From NCBI GenBank assembly GCA_000004985.1, contig GG738847.1: 64,000 nt of DNA; one strand, given 5' to 3'. Origin of the DNA: Naegleria gruberi. Lineage: Eukaryota. Shown here one piece after another: positions 31,953 to 44,522 of this stretch. The notes beneath the pieces are model-generated. The model saw only the letters and a list, made by a program, of their open reading frames with translations, was not told where the DNA came from and did not search any database. A program made the translations under genes and the position numbers. Each line of letters opens with the position of its first letter. Within the stretch, counting starts at the first letter, position 1.

Positions 31953-34900
31953 ATGTTGTTAAACTCCTCACCTAAAAAGATGAGGAAGAAAAAAGTAAAG
32001 GAGAAAAAGTCAAGTGGAGGTGAGACAAAAACGAAAAAGAAATCCATACCTGTTTCTTCCTCTCTTGAAAAATTAAGCATCACAAGTAATGCAAAAGAAA
32101 ATGTAAATAATTCAACATCTAAAAAAACACAAAATGTGGATCCAATCACTATTCCAATCACTCCTCCGAAAAAAAGAATAGTAAGCTCAACAAACTTTCA
32201 ATAGTATTGACAAATCTTCATTGATTTCTCCAAGAAATTCAGGAAGATCTTCTTCAACTGGAAAACGAGTACCTACTACTGCTGTAATTAAGAGAGAGGA
32301 GCAACCTCAACCTCCAATTGCTAGAGCCATTAGACCTTCTACATCTCAATCCTTATCAAAAAGTCCATTCGCTAAGCAAGCCAGTATGAGCGGATTAAAG
32401 TTTCCAAGACAATCGGAGGAATCTTTTGCCACAAGCTCTTCTCGAAAAAGCTCATCAGATGAAAGCTCTTCCGAAGTGGAATCAGAAATGGAAAAACAAC
32501 CAGAAAAACTAATAGAAAAACCAGTGGAGAAACCTATTGAAAAACCTCCAACACCAATTGTACAGGAAAATTATGTTTCATTGTTCCAAAATACTGAAGC
32601 GCTTAATCGTGTCTTTGCAAAGAGCAAGGAAGTCTCACAAATTCCTGATTTTTGGTTTTACACACCAACCTTTATACCGATGACTCAGTGGGAACAGCCT
32701 AACACTTCAAAGTTCAATTGTCCAAATTATGGGACTTTGGACACTTTGAGCTTTAATACTTTAACTAGTAGCTATAATTCAATAAGGCAAAATTGCCCTT
32801 TAGTGGTTTTGGAAAAGAAGAAATTTTGTAATCCTGTACCATTTATTGATTCATTTAACAAATATTATGGAGAAAAATATAAGACCATGTTGGCCGAAAA
32901 CATGAGACAAGAAGTTAGACAGCGAGAGTTTGAGGTTGATAAAGTGCTCAACTATTTGAAGCACAAACGAGAAAAGGAAGGTTCAAGAACATCCAATAAT
33001 GAGGGGAAACACAAATCTAAAACATCTAAGGCCTTTTCCCTTGTAACACATGGAAAACCATCATCTGATACATCCAAGAAAGCAAAAATTAAGGTGGATC
33101 CAAAAAAGAAACTTAAACCAAAAGCAAAACCTGAAGTTGAAAAGAAGCAACCTACCCTTTTCGAAACAGTTAAACCTTCATCTAAATCCGAAAAGAAACC
33201 ATTTGATGTGGAACAGATTCCAACCTCTGACAAGCTGAAGAGCTCGTCTGATTTAAACAATGCTCCTGCTATTACATCTCGTTCATCTTCAAAGAGATCA
33301 ATTTCAAGAGCAGATTCCCCTATCACTACTACCAATTCCAGACCTGTTTCTCGAACTGGACAACTTAATGATGCTCCAAAGAGAGAAACGCCTGATCCAA
33401 GAGTGAACAAGTCTCGATCTCTTACCTCTTCCCCTGTATTTCAATTCGAACCAAGTTATGTTATGGATGTTAAGAAACCAGTTGATGTGAAAATATCAGA
33501 ATCCAGAACAGCCATAATATCCCTACTTGCAGACAGCTCTAACACCGACTTTGTAAAAACAATGAATCATCTAGGACCACTGCTGGAAGAAACAGTACAA
33601 AAGAAGGAAGAAGAATTAGAAAATATTTCCGCCCTCTACGCTTTGATGAAATCTATGGAAAAAAAGAATGTGGAACAATATAGAAGTATATGTCAGGCTA
33701 TTCTATCCAACAATATTTTCTTGGACTATTTAAAAGCAACAATAACCAATATTTCTTTGAACTTTCCAGAAGTATTCCAATTTATAATGAAAATTGTAAG
33801 AAAGCTTTGTGAATATTCGTTCCAAATTTTGGGGCAATCATCAGTAACTGGAATTCACCATCTCTTGAAATTCATCAAGATTTCTGTCATTAATAATAGA
33901 TTGCAAGAATTGGGATTTTCTGACTGTATCATTGAAAAAATGGATGCCCTTAATGATCACCTCAAACAATTGCAGGATGACTCAAGCCCTGTCCAACCAA
34001 ACGAAAACTCTTCCTCTCCAGACCATGTTCCTGAAAAAGCTATATATAATATTATGAGGGATATGTTCCATTCTGTGACATGTATATCCTTCTGTAGCAC
34101 AGAGGTGAGGACGAAGCTCCTCATGAATACTCCATTTTTTGGAATTACCTCAAGTATTTTCAAGATGAAAAGAGCTCCAATTTTGAAAACAAATGTCTTA
34201 CTGTGTTTGGAAAAAATAATTTTATCGGGTACCAGATGCAATGATAATGAGGAATATCATGACGATAGCACAACAAGTATTCTTTTGGATATGGGATTAA
34301 TGAGCCTAATTATTGCAGATTACAACTCTTTGACCATCAAGGTGAGAAAAAGCTCAAACCAAAAGAAAAAGAAGCAAGCTATCAGTTTAAAACAGGCGTT
34401 ATATCAGTTGATCAGAGCCCTCTCGTTTCATGAAAAAGCGAGAGAAGAAATGTACAAAACAGGTTTTTTCCATAATTTACTATCTGTTATGAAAGAGCTA
34501 GGAGCCAATGGAGAGGAATTTGTTGAGGAAGATGTCAATACCCTAAAGGGGTTGATTCTTGAAGCCATTTCAAATTTTGTTCCCTCTTCAAGTATTCACA
34601 GGGATAGTTTAATTCTGAAATATATTTTCGATACTGTTGTTGAAATGTTCATTTCAGTGCCTGTAACTGCAACCACTAACCTTTTACTCGAGACAAGAAC
34701 ACTACACATTCTTTCACAACTTAGCGACTATACAAGAACCCACCAAATTATTTATGAAGCTAGAGTAGTAGAGCATGCTTTTAATCTCCTTCAAAGGGAT
34801 CTCAATCAACAGCAGGTCCCTCCAGATCAGGGAGCCTTTGTTTTTTCAATGACTTCCTCAACATTCCTTAGCATGCTTCTAATGAGCAACCTCAGTAAAT

Positions 34901-35748
34901 ACAAGGAAGGACAGCGGCATATTTATGATAACGGTCTCAATCCAATAATACGATTACTTAAACTGTCTTCCTCCATATCAGAGTACAAGTCAAAATTAGA
35001 GGCTGCCAAAACAGAAATGAATATTATATTTACTCCTTTTGCTATGAGTTTTGATGAATATGAGCTTTTACCTAAAGTAATTAGCAGAACATTGGCAAAT
35101 ATAAGCACACTTCCAGAAAGTCATTTTACTTTTTTCAAAGAAATATTTCTGGATTCATTGGCATCAATGATTTTATGCATGAATGGTGAGAGGACTGTAA
35201 TATGGAACTGTCTTTGTACACTCTCTAACCTTTGTGAAGCTGATACTATGCTCCAACGAAAGCTTATTTCAAAGAGTGCAATAAGAGACTGTTTGTTAAA
35301 ATATTTATTAGAGAATGATCACAAACTTCAAAGTAGATCCATTCGGTGTATATCAAAGCTGGCTAGAAATGAATCAATTTTGACTCAGATTCATGACACG
35401 TTCAAGATTTCAAATATTGTTCGGGCTATGGAAACCAATTCGATGGATGAATGTAAATTGGATGGTTTAAGGATTTTATTCCATTTTTCTCAATTTGAAC
35501 AGTTTCATCCATCTTTCCTCAAGTCTGGAGCAATTGAATTTATGGTCAAAATAACTCATTCATCAGTAGAAAGTATTGTTGTTGAAAGTTTGAAGAATTT
35601 ATTGAATCTAATATTTGCTAATGACAAGAGCATTAAGGATACTTTGATACAGGCAGGCACAGTAGATCGCCTTTGGGAATTAAAGAAATGTGAGAAAAGC
35701 TCTGAAAAGGTGAGAAGATTATGTCTAAGTGCATTGAAAGCAATGTAA
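31953..35748 (+). CDS. Lys/Ser-rich low-complexity N-terminal region plus a C-terminal ARM-like helical repeat domain (~1250 aa). The two ORFs (31953-32204 and 32221-35748) are in different frames with no phase-compatible GT-AG intron.
   Basis: ORF A ends at TAG 32202-32204. ORF B is open from ~32189 and has no ATG for ~55 codons. Both parts are S/K/P-rich. A GTAAGC donor sits at 32181 but no in-phase acceptor follows. Confidence 0.45.
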
Positions 35749-35894
35749 TATGTAATAAATTGAGTATTCACTTTCATTGGTAATCATTTTCCGAATCAAC
35801 TTGTACAATAAAAGTTGGCGCCTAAAATTATTCAAATAAAACAACATTAAAAAAAACCTTAGCTTACCGAGTATAGATTACTTATCATCATCAA

Positions 35895-38800
35895 ATGTTA
35901 TCGGGATTTAAAACCTCAATAATTCATATCAACATTGTAACATTGTGTTTGTGTAGTATTACTCTTCTCTTCATATCAACTATATCGGGTGTGAGTTGTT
36001 CGTTATCAGAAGAGTTTGTTCCTGCACTAAAAAACCACAATTCAACTTCAATCCTTTATCAAAGCAAGTATGGCCACCTATCGGATAGATGCTACAATCA
36101 GTTCATCAAGAATTTCATATTCAATCAGACGATTCTTTCCTTTGATAGAAGGACTATGATACTTGGATGTTTCTCAGGAACTTTTGCAGAAATGAAATCA
36201 TGCCACGATAGAATGGAAACACAATTCAGAAAGAGTACTTTCAAAGAGTGCTCATATTCAGATCAGTGCTTACTATTTGGTGACAATCCTTCATTGGTTT
36301 TCAAAATGTATTCAGAACGGGCAAGAAGAAGTGGAAAAGATGAATACGCCACCTTACTTGGAACATTTCCTTCAAAATGCTCGCAAACCATTGTTGAATC
36401 ACTAATTGGAAGAGAGGCAATTATATTCTTCTTTAAACAATCAAATGTGAGCGTTGAACTCACAAAAGAGCTTGTAAGGGGGTTCTTTAAGGAAAACCTC
36501 CAAAATCAATGCGGAAATTACACTGAAAATGCTTTAGAAGCATTAAGAATATTTGTACAGGAGATGCCAAAAGGAATGTTCAATTTTCTTTCCTTTTTAG
36601 AGTTTCAAGAAAGGGTCGAAAAGGATACAGTTTCCTTTCGGTTATTGTTTGATTTATCGATACTCATATCTCTTATCATTAGCACTCTTGTCGTAATAAG
36701 CAGAAAATCTAACAATACCAATCCTGTCTCAAACTCCCAGCCACAATCACAGAAAATGTTCCAACTTGTGAAAAATATATTCTTAAAACTGGACAATCAT
36801 AATCAGAACATTTTGCAAGCAGAATCTTTGATTAAAGCTAGAATAGAAAAAAGTGAAAAGCTTAAATTAGCCATCAATGATCAAGAGAATAGAATATCTG
36901 AATTGACCAATAACTTCAATAGGATGCTAAATGGCTCAAAAGCAAAAGATAATACAATCGCTAAAACAATGGAATTACTGAATGAAATCAAAGATGCAAT
37001 TCAATCCGAAAAAGGTAGAGAACCATTAGATGTATTTAATATGCCCTATTATTTGAAGCAATTGTTTAAAGAGAAATCCGAATCTGAAACTGCTTGTAAG
37101 GAGAAGAATGTTAAGGTTCTCGCAGAGAAAAAACAGCTTGAAGCGTTGAACAAGGAACTAAAGGATAGAATTGAGTTTATTGTTTCAGACAATGAGGATT
37201 TAGGATTAAAAGTAGGTCTACTTGAAGAATCATTGGGCAATCAGAAGTCAATTACTCATTCATTGGAAGACTCTGTGCTAAGCCAGTCTGAACAAATAAG
37301 CAAACTTCTTCACTCTTTGAAGATGAAAGAGGATCAGGAACAAAAAGTGGGAACAGAATTGGAAATTTCAAGAAATGACGTGAAGTTATTGGAGAAACAT
37401 CTGAATCAAACCTACTCTTATTTTGGGATTTTAGAAGAGAAGAATCCTGAATCAATACGTTCATTTGTTGAAAGTCTGAGAAATGAATCAGAAATTAAAA
37501 CAAGAGAAATTGAGAAACTCCAGGAACAAATAGCTAACATTGAAGAGATCTCAGACGAAAAAATTGCCAAGATACTAGAAATCGAGTCAAGAGTTACATC
37601 CTTGCAAGATGAAAATAACTCCCTGAGGTCTCAATTGCATATCGCAACAAAGAAGATCGAGTCAAAATATGAGAAAGCTTCCGATAATCATGAAATTCTT
37701 CTAAAAGATCTAGAAACTGTTAAAAGAGACCTCGAGAAAACGAAATTGGAGCTTGCTTAAAAATCAGATTTGCACAATTCTCTCCAGCTGGAAATTCAAC
37801 AAGCAAAAGAACAACAGAGCAGATATCAACAAAAAATTGCAGAAATAACTGAAATATCCGAAAATCATTTAAAAAAGATAGAATCAATTACGGATCAAAA
37901 TGATTTTATGGCAAAAACCATCGAATTGTTAAAAGAAGAATCCAAAGTGGAAGCAATTGGAAACAAGTGTGAACAATTGGAAAAAGACAATGCCCAAACA
38001 CTTATTGATCTGGCAAAAACAAGGTCAGAACTTTCTGCATTTAAACTAAAATATGAAGAGAGATGTAAAGTTTTAAGCAATGAAAGATCAATCATGGAAG
38101 AAAAGGTTAGAGATATTTCCCAAAAATATGAGAAACTGTGTGCAACAGTTTTAGAACGAAAGAAAGTTTTTGAGGAAGCAAAATCAATCATTGAGGAAAA
38201 ATCAAAGAGGGTGGAAGAGCTTTCTGTTATTGTTGAAACATTAAACGAGAGTATGGAGCAGAAGAATTGTGAACTTGTTTTGAAAGAAAAGAATATTGAG
38301 GAGCTAGTAGATATTGTAAACCAAATCAAGTCATGTTTCTCATCTGCACAGATTGAAGGTGACAATTCAATTACTTCTATTGTTAAAGAAATGATGGAAA
38401 AGCAACGAGAAACTGTAAATTGTTTGGAAGTGGAGGTAGAAGGGTTGAGAGGAACTCTGAGTAGTAAATCACAGATATTTGTTGATTATCAATACAAGAT
38501 TGATGAAATAACAGAAATATTAGAAGTTAGGTCAAAGAGAATAGATGAGTTAGATATTGAACTACAATTTCTTAAGAAGGAAAAAAGTAATTTAGAAAAT
38601 GAAATTATTGAGCTAAAGAAATTAATGGAAGAAAAGGAGGTAAAGTTGAAGGAACTAGCAGTTAGTTTGAAAAAGCTCGCTTTAGAAAAGCTTAGCAGTG
38701 AAACTTGTCTGAATGATGAAATAGAGAGTCTTTCTAATGAAAACCTATTGATGAAAGAGAAAATAGATAAGATGAATGAAGCCCTGTCAAAGAAAGTTAA

Positions 38801-39080
38801 CAAAATTGATGATGCCTATAACTATATTGAAGTTCTCAACTCTGAAAGTGAGAACCTGTGTTCTTTGAATAAGGCAATGGAAGATAAATATCTGAAAGTT
38901 CTATTTGAAAAGAAACAATTCAATGAACAAAAGGACAAGTATGAAAGAATTATCGAAGCATTAAAATCACAAAACGAAAAATTACTTGATGAATTGAACA
39001 ATCAACAAATGATCCTACTCAAAATGGAAAAATCAAATAAGAATGCATTCGAAAAGGAATCCAAAAACCAAACAAAATAA
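35895..39080 (+). CDS. Membrane-anchored long coiled-coil protein (signal/TM - Cys-containing lumenal domain - TM - ~800 aa coiled coil). The reading frame is interrupted by an in-frame TAA at 37758-37760.
   Basis: ORFs 35895..37760 and 37770..39080 are in the same frame and separated only by TAA plus 3 sense codons (…TKLELA*KSDLHNSLQLEIQQAKEQ…). Heptad-rich K/E/L composition runs throughout both parts. No convincing intron spans the stop; the only GT upstream is a weak GTTAAA. Confidence 0.5.
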
Positions 39081-39180
39081 ATTAATACTGTTGTGACAGC
39101 AGTTCAACAAAATGAAAATGCAATTAAATATTGAAAAATGATAAAGAAAATGTATTGTATGCGAAAAAGATTTAAGTAAA

Positions 39181-41260
39181 TTAATAATAATCATGATAAT
39201 CTCTAATTTGACCATTCCAAAAAGAGCACAAATCTCTAAAATCCTCTTGAGTGGCAAACATCTGAGCTCCCCTAAATCCCTCGTTCGAATCAGTAGAATG
39301 AACAATAGTTACATTCGGTAAAATTTTAGAAACTTCTTCAGCCCATCCATTTTCTGATCCTACCAATATTACATTTTTTACCTGTTCAATAACATCCATC
39401 CTCTTGGCCCTCAATACTTCTTTTAATCCTTTTTTGAACTCCTTTTCTATTGTCCTGTTTGAATCCACTTCATAAATGTCTCCAGCAAATGAGAAGAAAT
39501 TCAAAACCACACTGATGGTAATTGTGTTTACATCCTTCTCTATTACTATACAATGACTAATACTGTGATAGTATGCTATCATAGTATGTCTTGAAAGTAA
39601 ACAAACTGCAGGAACTTGCGTTTTCAATACCAAATCAATAAAATTGCTCAATTTTTTCATTTTCAGATATTTTGGAGGGATTGAGATTAATAATGGATGG
39701 CTTGGTGTGAAATTAATTTCTTCACAAACTTTGGAGAAAAATGTTCCAATGTTCATGGCTGTTACACGATAATCTTCTGCAGTTAAATAATCAAATACAT
39801 TTCTCTGGTCAGAACCCCTTCTACCAAGCATGGCATCTGAATAGCTGTAAAAGTTAAAGCTATTAAGGTATTGAGATATTGAGAAATTTCAACTCGTATA
39901 ATACTTACTGGCCTCCTGTATATCTACCCACATAGGGCTCAGTCGTTTTTGGAGTTTCATCACTGAAAAATCCAAAAGTTGCAACCTCACTGGTTATATC
40001 AATACAGATAGGTTTAAAATTGCGTTCAGTGAAATTTCTAACTCTAGCAGCATGATACCAATCTGTGAGTGGTTCTTTTTCACATAATTTAAGATAGGTA
40101 TTTCCATTCCAATATTTCTTGTACACTGCTTTCCATAAAATGGGCGATCTTGCAAGATGATTCAAATATCTACTCAATTGCAAACCAACAGAACATATTT
40201 CACTCTCTGAAAGAAAAGTGAATATGTTTAAAATAATCTCCTCTGGTAGAACTGTCAGATTATCATTCTTGTCGTTTTCAACTGGACCTTCCAATATACA
40301 GTATTGCCTATTTAACAAATATTCAAAGGTTTTACCACTCTTCACAAGCAGCCTCTGCCCAGCAAAATACTTTTCTGAAGATCCATAAACATCCCCACTC
40401 TTTTCAAGAGTTTCACTTTCCTTAAAAGCTTGCCCAATTTGTTGGTAAGTTTCTGATTGTTCAAAATTGTTATCTCTTGGAATTGAATTATTATCCACTC
40501 TGAGATACATAATTTCAGTTCTTAAAATATACTTGATTCCACTAATTACAGAACATCCTTCATGATAAAAATCTTGATTAAATAGAGCCAATTTACCAAC
40601 TGAAGGTTTCAAAGTATGATGAAGGTTGAAAGTATCGTCGTTTGGATCAGAGAAGAATTTGGTTTCTCCACCATTGAAATCCTGATTCAAATAGATCAGT
40701 AATGTGTAAATACTTCTCTCATTTTCACTTCTTCTAAACTGACCGTCGGTATGAATTTTGAAATATTCTCCCTTTTCATACTTGCTAAATCTCATACATT
40801 CATTAACTCCACAAGCTACCCATCTTCCTCTGCTGTCCAACCCATACGGGGCAATTGATTTTCCAATCTGATCTAGATCAATCTTGTTCTTTAGTCTATT
40901 AAATATCAAATCGGCCAACTTGTTATCTGTAACCAGTTCTCTCATGGCATTTCTGTGTTCCTTTGGATATTCATCTTCAAGAGATTGAAAATTGGAACAC
41001 TTTTTAATCAAATCTCTGCATTCATCATCGGAAAAGAAATTCGGAATGACCATCAATCTATTCAATGAATCTTCATAGAAAGGACCGGAAATCTCTAAAG
41101 GCTTCAATTCAAATGACTGTCTATCGTAGGAAAACATTTGCCTGACTTTAATAGAATCATCCGGTTCAATCACTGAATATTTAGATTTAATTCGTTGTTG
41201 TTGGAGATGGTCATTGTTATCATTTCTGGAAGAACTTGAAGCACTGTGTTTATTACCCAT
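39181..41260 (-). CDS. Multidomain protein of ~673 aa: N-terminal MGNKHS (myristoylation consensus) - 2OG-Fe(II) prolyl-4-hydroxylase-like domain - F-box - uncharacterised C-terminal domain. 2 exons: 39909-41260 and 39181-39844, with a 64-nt GTAAGT…TTTTACAG intron.
   Basis: P4H-type motifs are HTDGQF…RSIYTLLIYLNQDFNGGETKFF…FYHEG (HxD…H facial triad). The F-box is LPEEIILNIFTFLSESEICSVGLQLSRYLNHLARSPILWK. The junction …GRYTGG(H)|YSDAMLGRRG… is in phase, with the split codon CA|C. Confidence 0.6.
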
Positions 41261-41660
41261 TCTTCCCTTTCTTTACAATGATGGTGGCAACAGTGTTATT
41301 TTTTTTGAATGGAAATATTGTAAAAATTGTAAAGTGAACTTGGAGTTCATGATGAAAGCTTTGATTTGGTGTGCCTTGTGATGTGGATAGTTAATGTGCG
41401 CTGTTATGCAATTATAATAACTGTTGGTAATAATAATTTGTAATTGTTTTTTAATAGTTCACAATATGAAGTTTCTCTTCAATATAATGATCTGTAAAGC
41501 AATTAGTGAAAGTGGAGTTTAAAGAATTAAAGGAATTAGCGGAAAGGTGGAATACTGATTCTAAAAAAAAGGAAGCCAAAAGATTATCACCAAAGTGTCA
41601 ATATCCAAAAAGAAAACCAAACAGAATCTCCATTAATAATTAATTATTAAAATTCTAATA

Positions 41661-41984
41661 TTATTTAAGATAATCTTCAAAAATAGAATTGAAAATCTCA
41701 TCCTCATTATGAATTGTTTCCGTGACTGAATATTTTACAGGTGATGATGAAAGATCAATTATTGGTGTAATAGTATTACTACTTGATTGATTAGAAGCCA
41801 ATTCTTTTGGATGATGACCACTCTCCAATTCTTCTTTATTTTCCTCCATCAAATATTCTGTAAAATTTGTTGTATGAAAAGGAAAAACACAATTTTCATT
41901 CGGACACATCAGGAATGAGTGTGTCGAGTCGAGATCATATCTAAATTTTCTAAGAGGTTGACCACATTCTCCACAAATTAGCAT
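41661..41984 (-). CDS. Small C4 zinc-ribbon protein (107 aa) with an acidic tail and a SIM-like hydrophobic patch (IIDLSS).
   Basis: CGECG…17 aa…CPNENC arrangement. ATG at 41982-41984. Confidence 0.3.
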   Translation of the reverse strand: MLICGECGQPLRKFRYDLDSTHSFLMCPNENCVFPFHTTNFTEYLMEENKEELESGHHPKELASNQSSSNTITPIIDLSSSPVKYSVTETIHNEDEIFNSIFEDYLK

Positions 41985-42346
41985 TTTTTTTTGTGTGTTT
42001 TTTGAACCTGCAGATTATAAATAGGCTCTTAATAAATGTGTTGTTGTAAAAAGTAAATAATTTGGTCTGACCTCTATTTGAATCGATTTTGTAAAGAACT
42101 CCATCTACACTTTATGTGCTCTTTTCTCAAACTCAATGAGTGAAAGGAATAATCTGTAAACTCTGTTTTGGTGTGCTTTTTTTTTCGCGTTATTGTTTTT
42201 ATTGGTTCTTCTTTTCTTCTTGCTTGACCATCAACAGAAGGCTTTTGGCAAAAGAAATTTTTGCGAATTAAAAAAATAGCGAAATATTTTCCATTCACAC
42301 CCCTTGCTGCACGTGCATGAAAAGAAAAGCTGAACAACCACAAGAA

Positions 42347-43298
42347 ATGAGCGAACAAAAGACTGTTAAATTCTCTGAAGACACCAAGGATAACACTGAA
42401 GTTACTCCTAGTGTTGCTTTCCCTCACATGATCATTCACGCGTAGGTTTTGCAAATAATTGAAAAAATATATTTAATAATAATATTGGTGATGATTAAAT
42501 ATTAATTTGATGAAAATAGTTGGCATGATCTTGATGTCGGTTCATCAGAGCTCTTTAACGCCCTTATTGGTAGGTATTATTATATTTTGAATAATTAGTG
42601 GTAGAAGATAAATTTGTTTATAATTCCGTTATTGTTAGAAATTCCAAAAGGATGTAAAATCAAGTATCAATATGATACCAAGTACGGTCTCTTGAAGGTT
42701 AGCCACATTCTTAGCAGCTCGTAAGTAGAAATAGAAATATTCACAATTTATGAATTTGGATAGTTTGCTTTATCCAGCAAATTATGGTTTCATTCCACAA
42801 ACCTTGGGTGAAGATAATGATCCAATTGACGTTTTGGTTTTGATGCAAGCCCCTTGCCATCCAATGAGTATTCTTCGTTGCCACCCTATTGGTGTTATGC
42901 CATTGATTGACAATGGTGAACTCGAATATAAGATTATTGGTATGTAGAAGGAATTTAATAATTGTGGCTAAAACATGTCACTAATAGCTGTTCACGCTGA
43001 TGACCCAGAATACAGAGGAATTAACGAATTGACCGATCTTAGACCACACATTTTGAACGAAATTAAGATTTTCTATGAAGATTATAAGAAATTGAATAAG
43101 GATAGTGTTTCTGTTGTTGTGAAGGATATGTTACCAAGGGTTGATGCTTTGAAGATTCTTGAAGAAGGTATTGAACGTTATAAGGATTACGTTAGACAAC
43201 AAAAGAAGTCATTGACTTGTACAAGATATGGTTCTTATCAAAACTTGTTCAGAGGTGGTGCTGATTTGAGCAGTTTTGTTGATGAAGATGATGAATAA
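42347..43298 (+). CDS. Soluble inorganic pyrophosphatase, family I (plant/bacterial-like type), 5 exons: ~42347-42441, 42520-42569, 42639-42720, 42774-42939, 42988-43298. Introns 78, 69, 53 and 48 nt.
   Basis: The spliced product reads …[142 protein letters not shown]…. All catalytic Asp/Lys/Tyr positions of family I PPases are present. Donors are GTAGGT, GTAGGT, GTAAGT and GTATGT. Confidence 0.9.
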
Positions 43299-43363
43299 AT
43301 CCTCTCTCTCCGATAATTATTAGAATTAAATTAACAATTTCACTTTGAAAAAAAGAAACAAAA

Positions 43364-44142
43364 ATGAAAGTTCTCTTCATGGCGTAGGTAAATGATTGTC
43401 TTTAACATATCAATGACTCACTCTAAAAAGAATCAATATAGCATGTCAAGTGCTGACATGTTGTTTTACATTAGGATTTGCTATAGGAACTTTTGTTATT
43501 TACATGGAAAATTATTCAACATCAGAGAATATTGCCTTCTGCTCGGAAAGAACATTATTAACTTTACTTGTTGCTTGGTCGGGATTGGATTTCCTCTCTG
43601 TTTTATTTAGCTTATGTATTATAGTGAGTGCATTCTTTGAAAATTGTTTGCAACAACCAAAACGTCGGAGGAGAAGATTGGATGATAATATTAATCAATT
43701 TACATCAATTACTTTTCTCGGATTGAAAATATTAACATTTATTGGTTCATTGGGGATATTATGTTATTTAACTTGGTTATTATTTGTAGAAGATTGTGAA
43801 AGTATTAATAATTCACTCTTTGTTTCCATCACCATTATTGTAGTTTGTCAATGGTTTTGCATTACAGTAATGGCTTGTTGTTTATTCTGTTCATTGACTG
43901 GATTATTAGGATATTTAATTTTCATTGGATTGACGGCAACTCAATTAGATAATACTAGATATTTCTCAAATGACGACTCTAAAACTTTAGGAGCCTCCAT
44001 TATGGAAGATCACAATAGACATGAAGAGGAAAAGAAACTTCTCAAAAAAGAAAAGGACTATAAGGACAAAATTAGGAAAATATATGACCCCTATCAGAGA
44101 CATTACATTCCTGGTACAAACATTCCAGATCCCAAATATTAA
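43364..44142 (+). CDS. Four-helix membrane protein (~244 aa), family not recognised. Probable short first exon 43364-43383 (MKVLFMA) and second exon 43431-44142, with a 47-nt intron.
   Basis: ORF 43450..44142 has four hydrophobic segments and a basic RRRRR loop. The upstream ATG exon joins via GTAGGT…CTAAAAAG in phase. Exon 1 assignment is tentative. Confidence 0.4.
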
Positions 44143-44522
44143 TATTAATTGGACATCTGACTCACAAGTTGACTTCCAACTATTATAATTTTGTAACACC
44201 ATTGTACATTACACTATTACAACAACCATCGATTGGGGAATTAATGATTACACTTTCCTTAATGAAAGGACTTCCAACTGCTCCTCTCTATCTAATCTCG
44301 TATTGTTCATTTTCAATGAGAGAACAATGCACTTGAGGAAGGAGGTGGACTGTCTAAGGCTCTACGACAACAAATGAGATGATTATTTTTGAAAGAAGAA
44401 CGAAAAGGAGTTTGCAAGTTCGAATTGGAAATTAGAGAAAATCATCGAACCAGGTTTGTGTTCGCACAAATCAAACTCTCTTATGAATAAAAGGTGATGA
44501 AAACAAGCCACAATACAAAAAA

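Noticed and set aside
37714-37792. Putative intron removing the in-frame TAA of the coiled-coil gene
   Set aside because: It would need a GTTAAA donor, unlike any of the 19 verified donors here (GTAAGT, GTAGGT, GTATGT, GTGAGT, GTAAGC), although a good TTCTCTCCAG acceptor exists. Too weak to assert.
42074-42454. 126-aa minus-strand ORF upstream of the pyrophosphatase gene
   Set aside because: It lies antisense over the verified first exon and intron of the pyrophosphatase gene and has no coherent protein-like composition, so it is a likely chance ORF. The same judgement applies to antisense ORFs inside large genes: 180-443, 3281-3842, 14803-15573, 21322-21582, 23692-24096, 32952-33410, 37895-38803, 45027-46337, 55144-55449 and 55959-56291.
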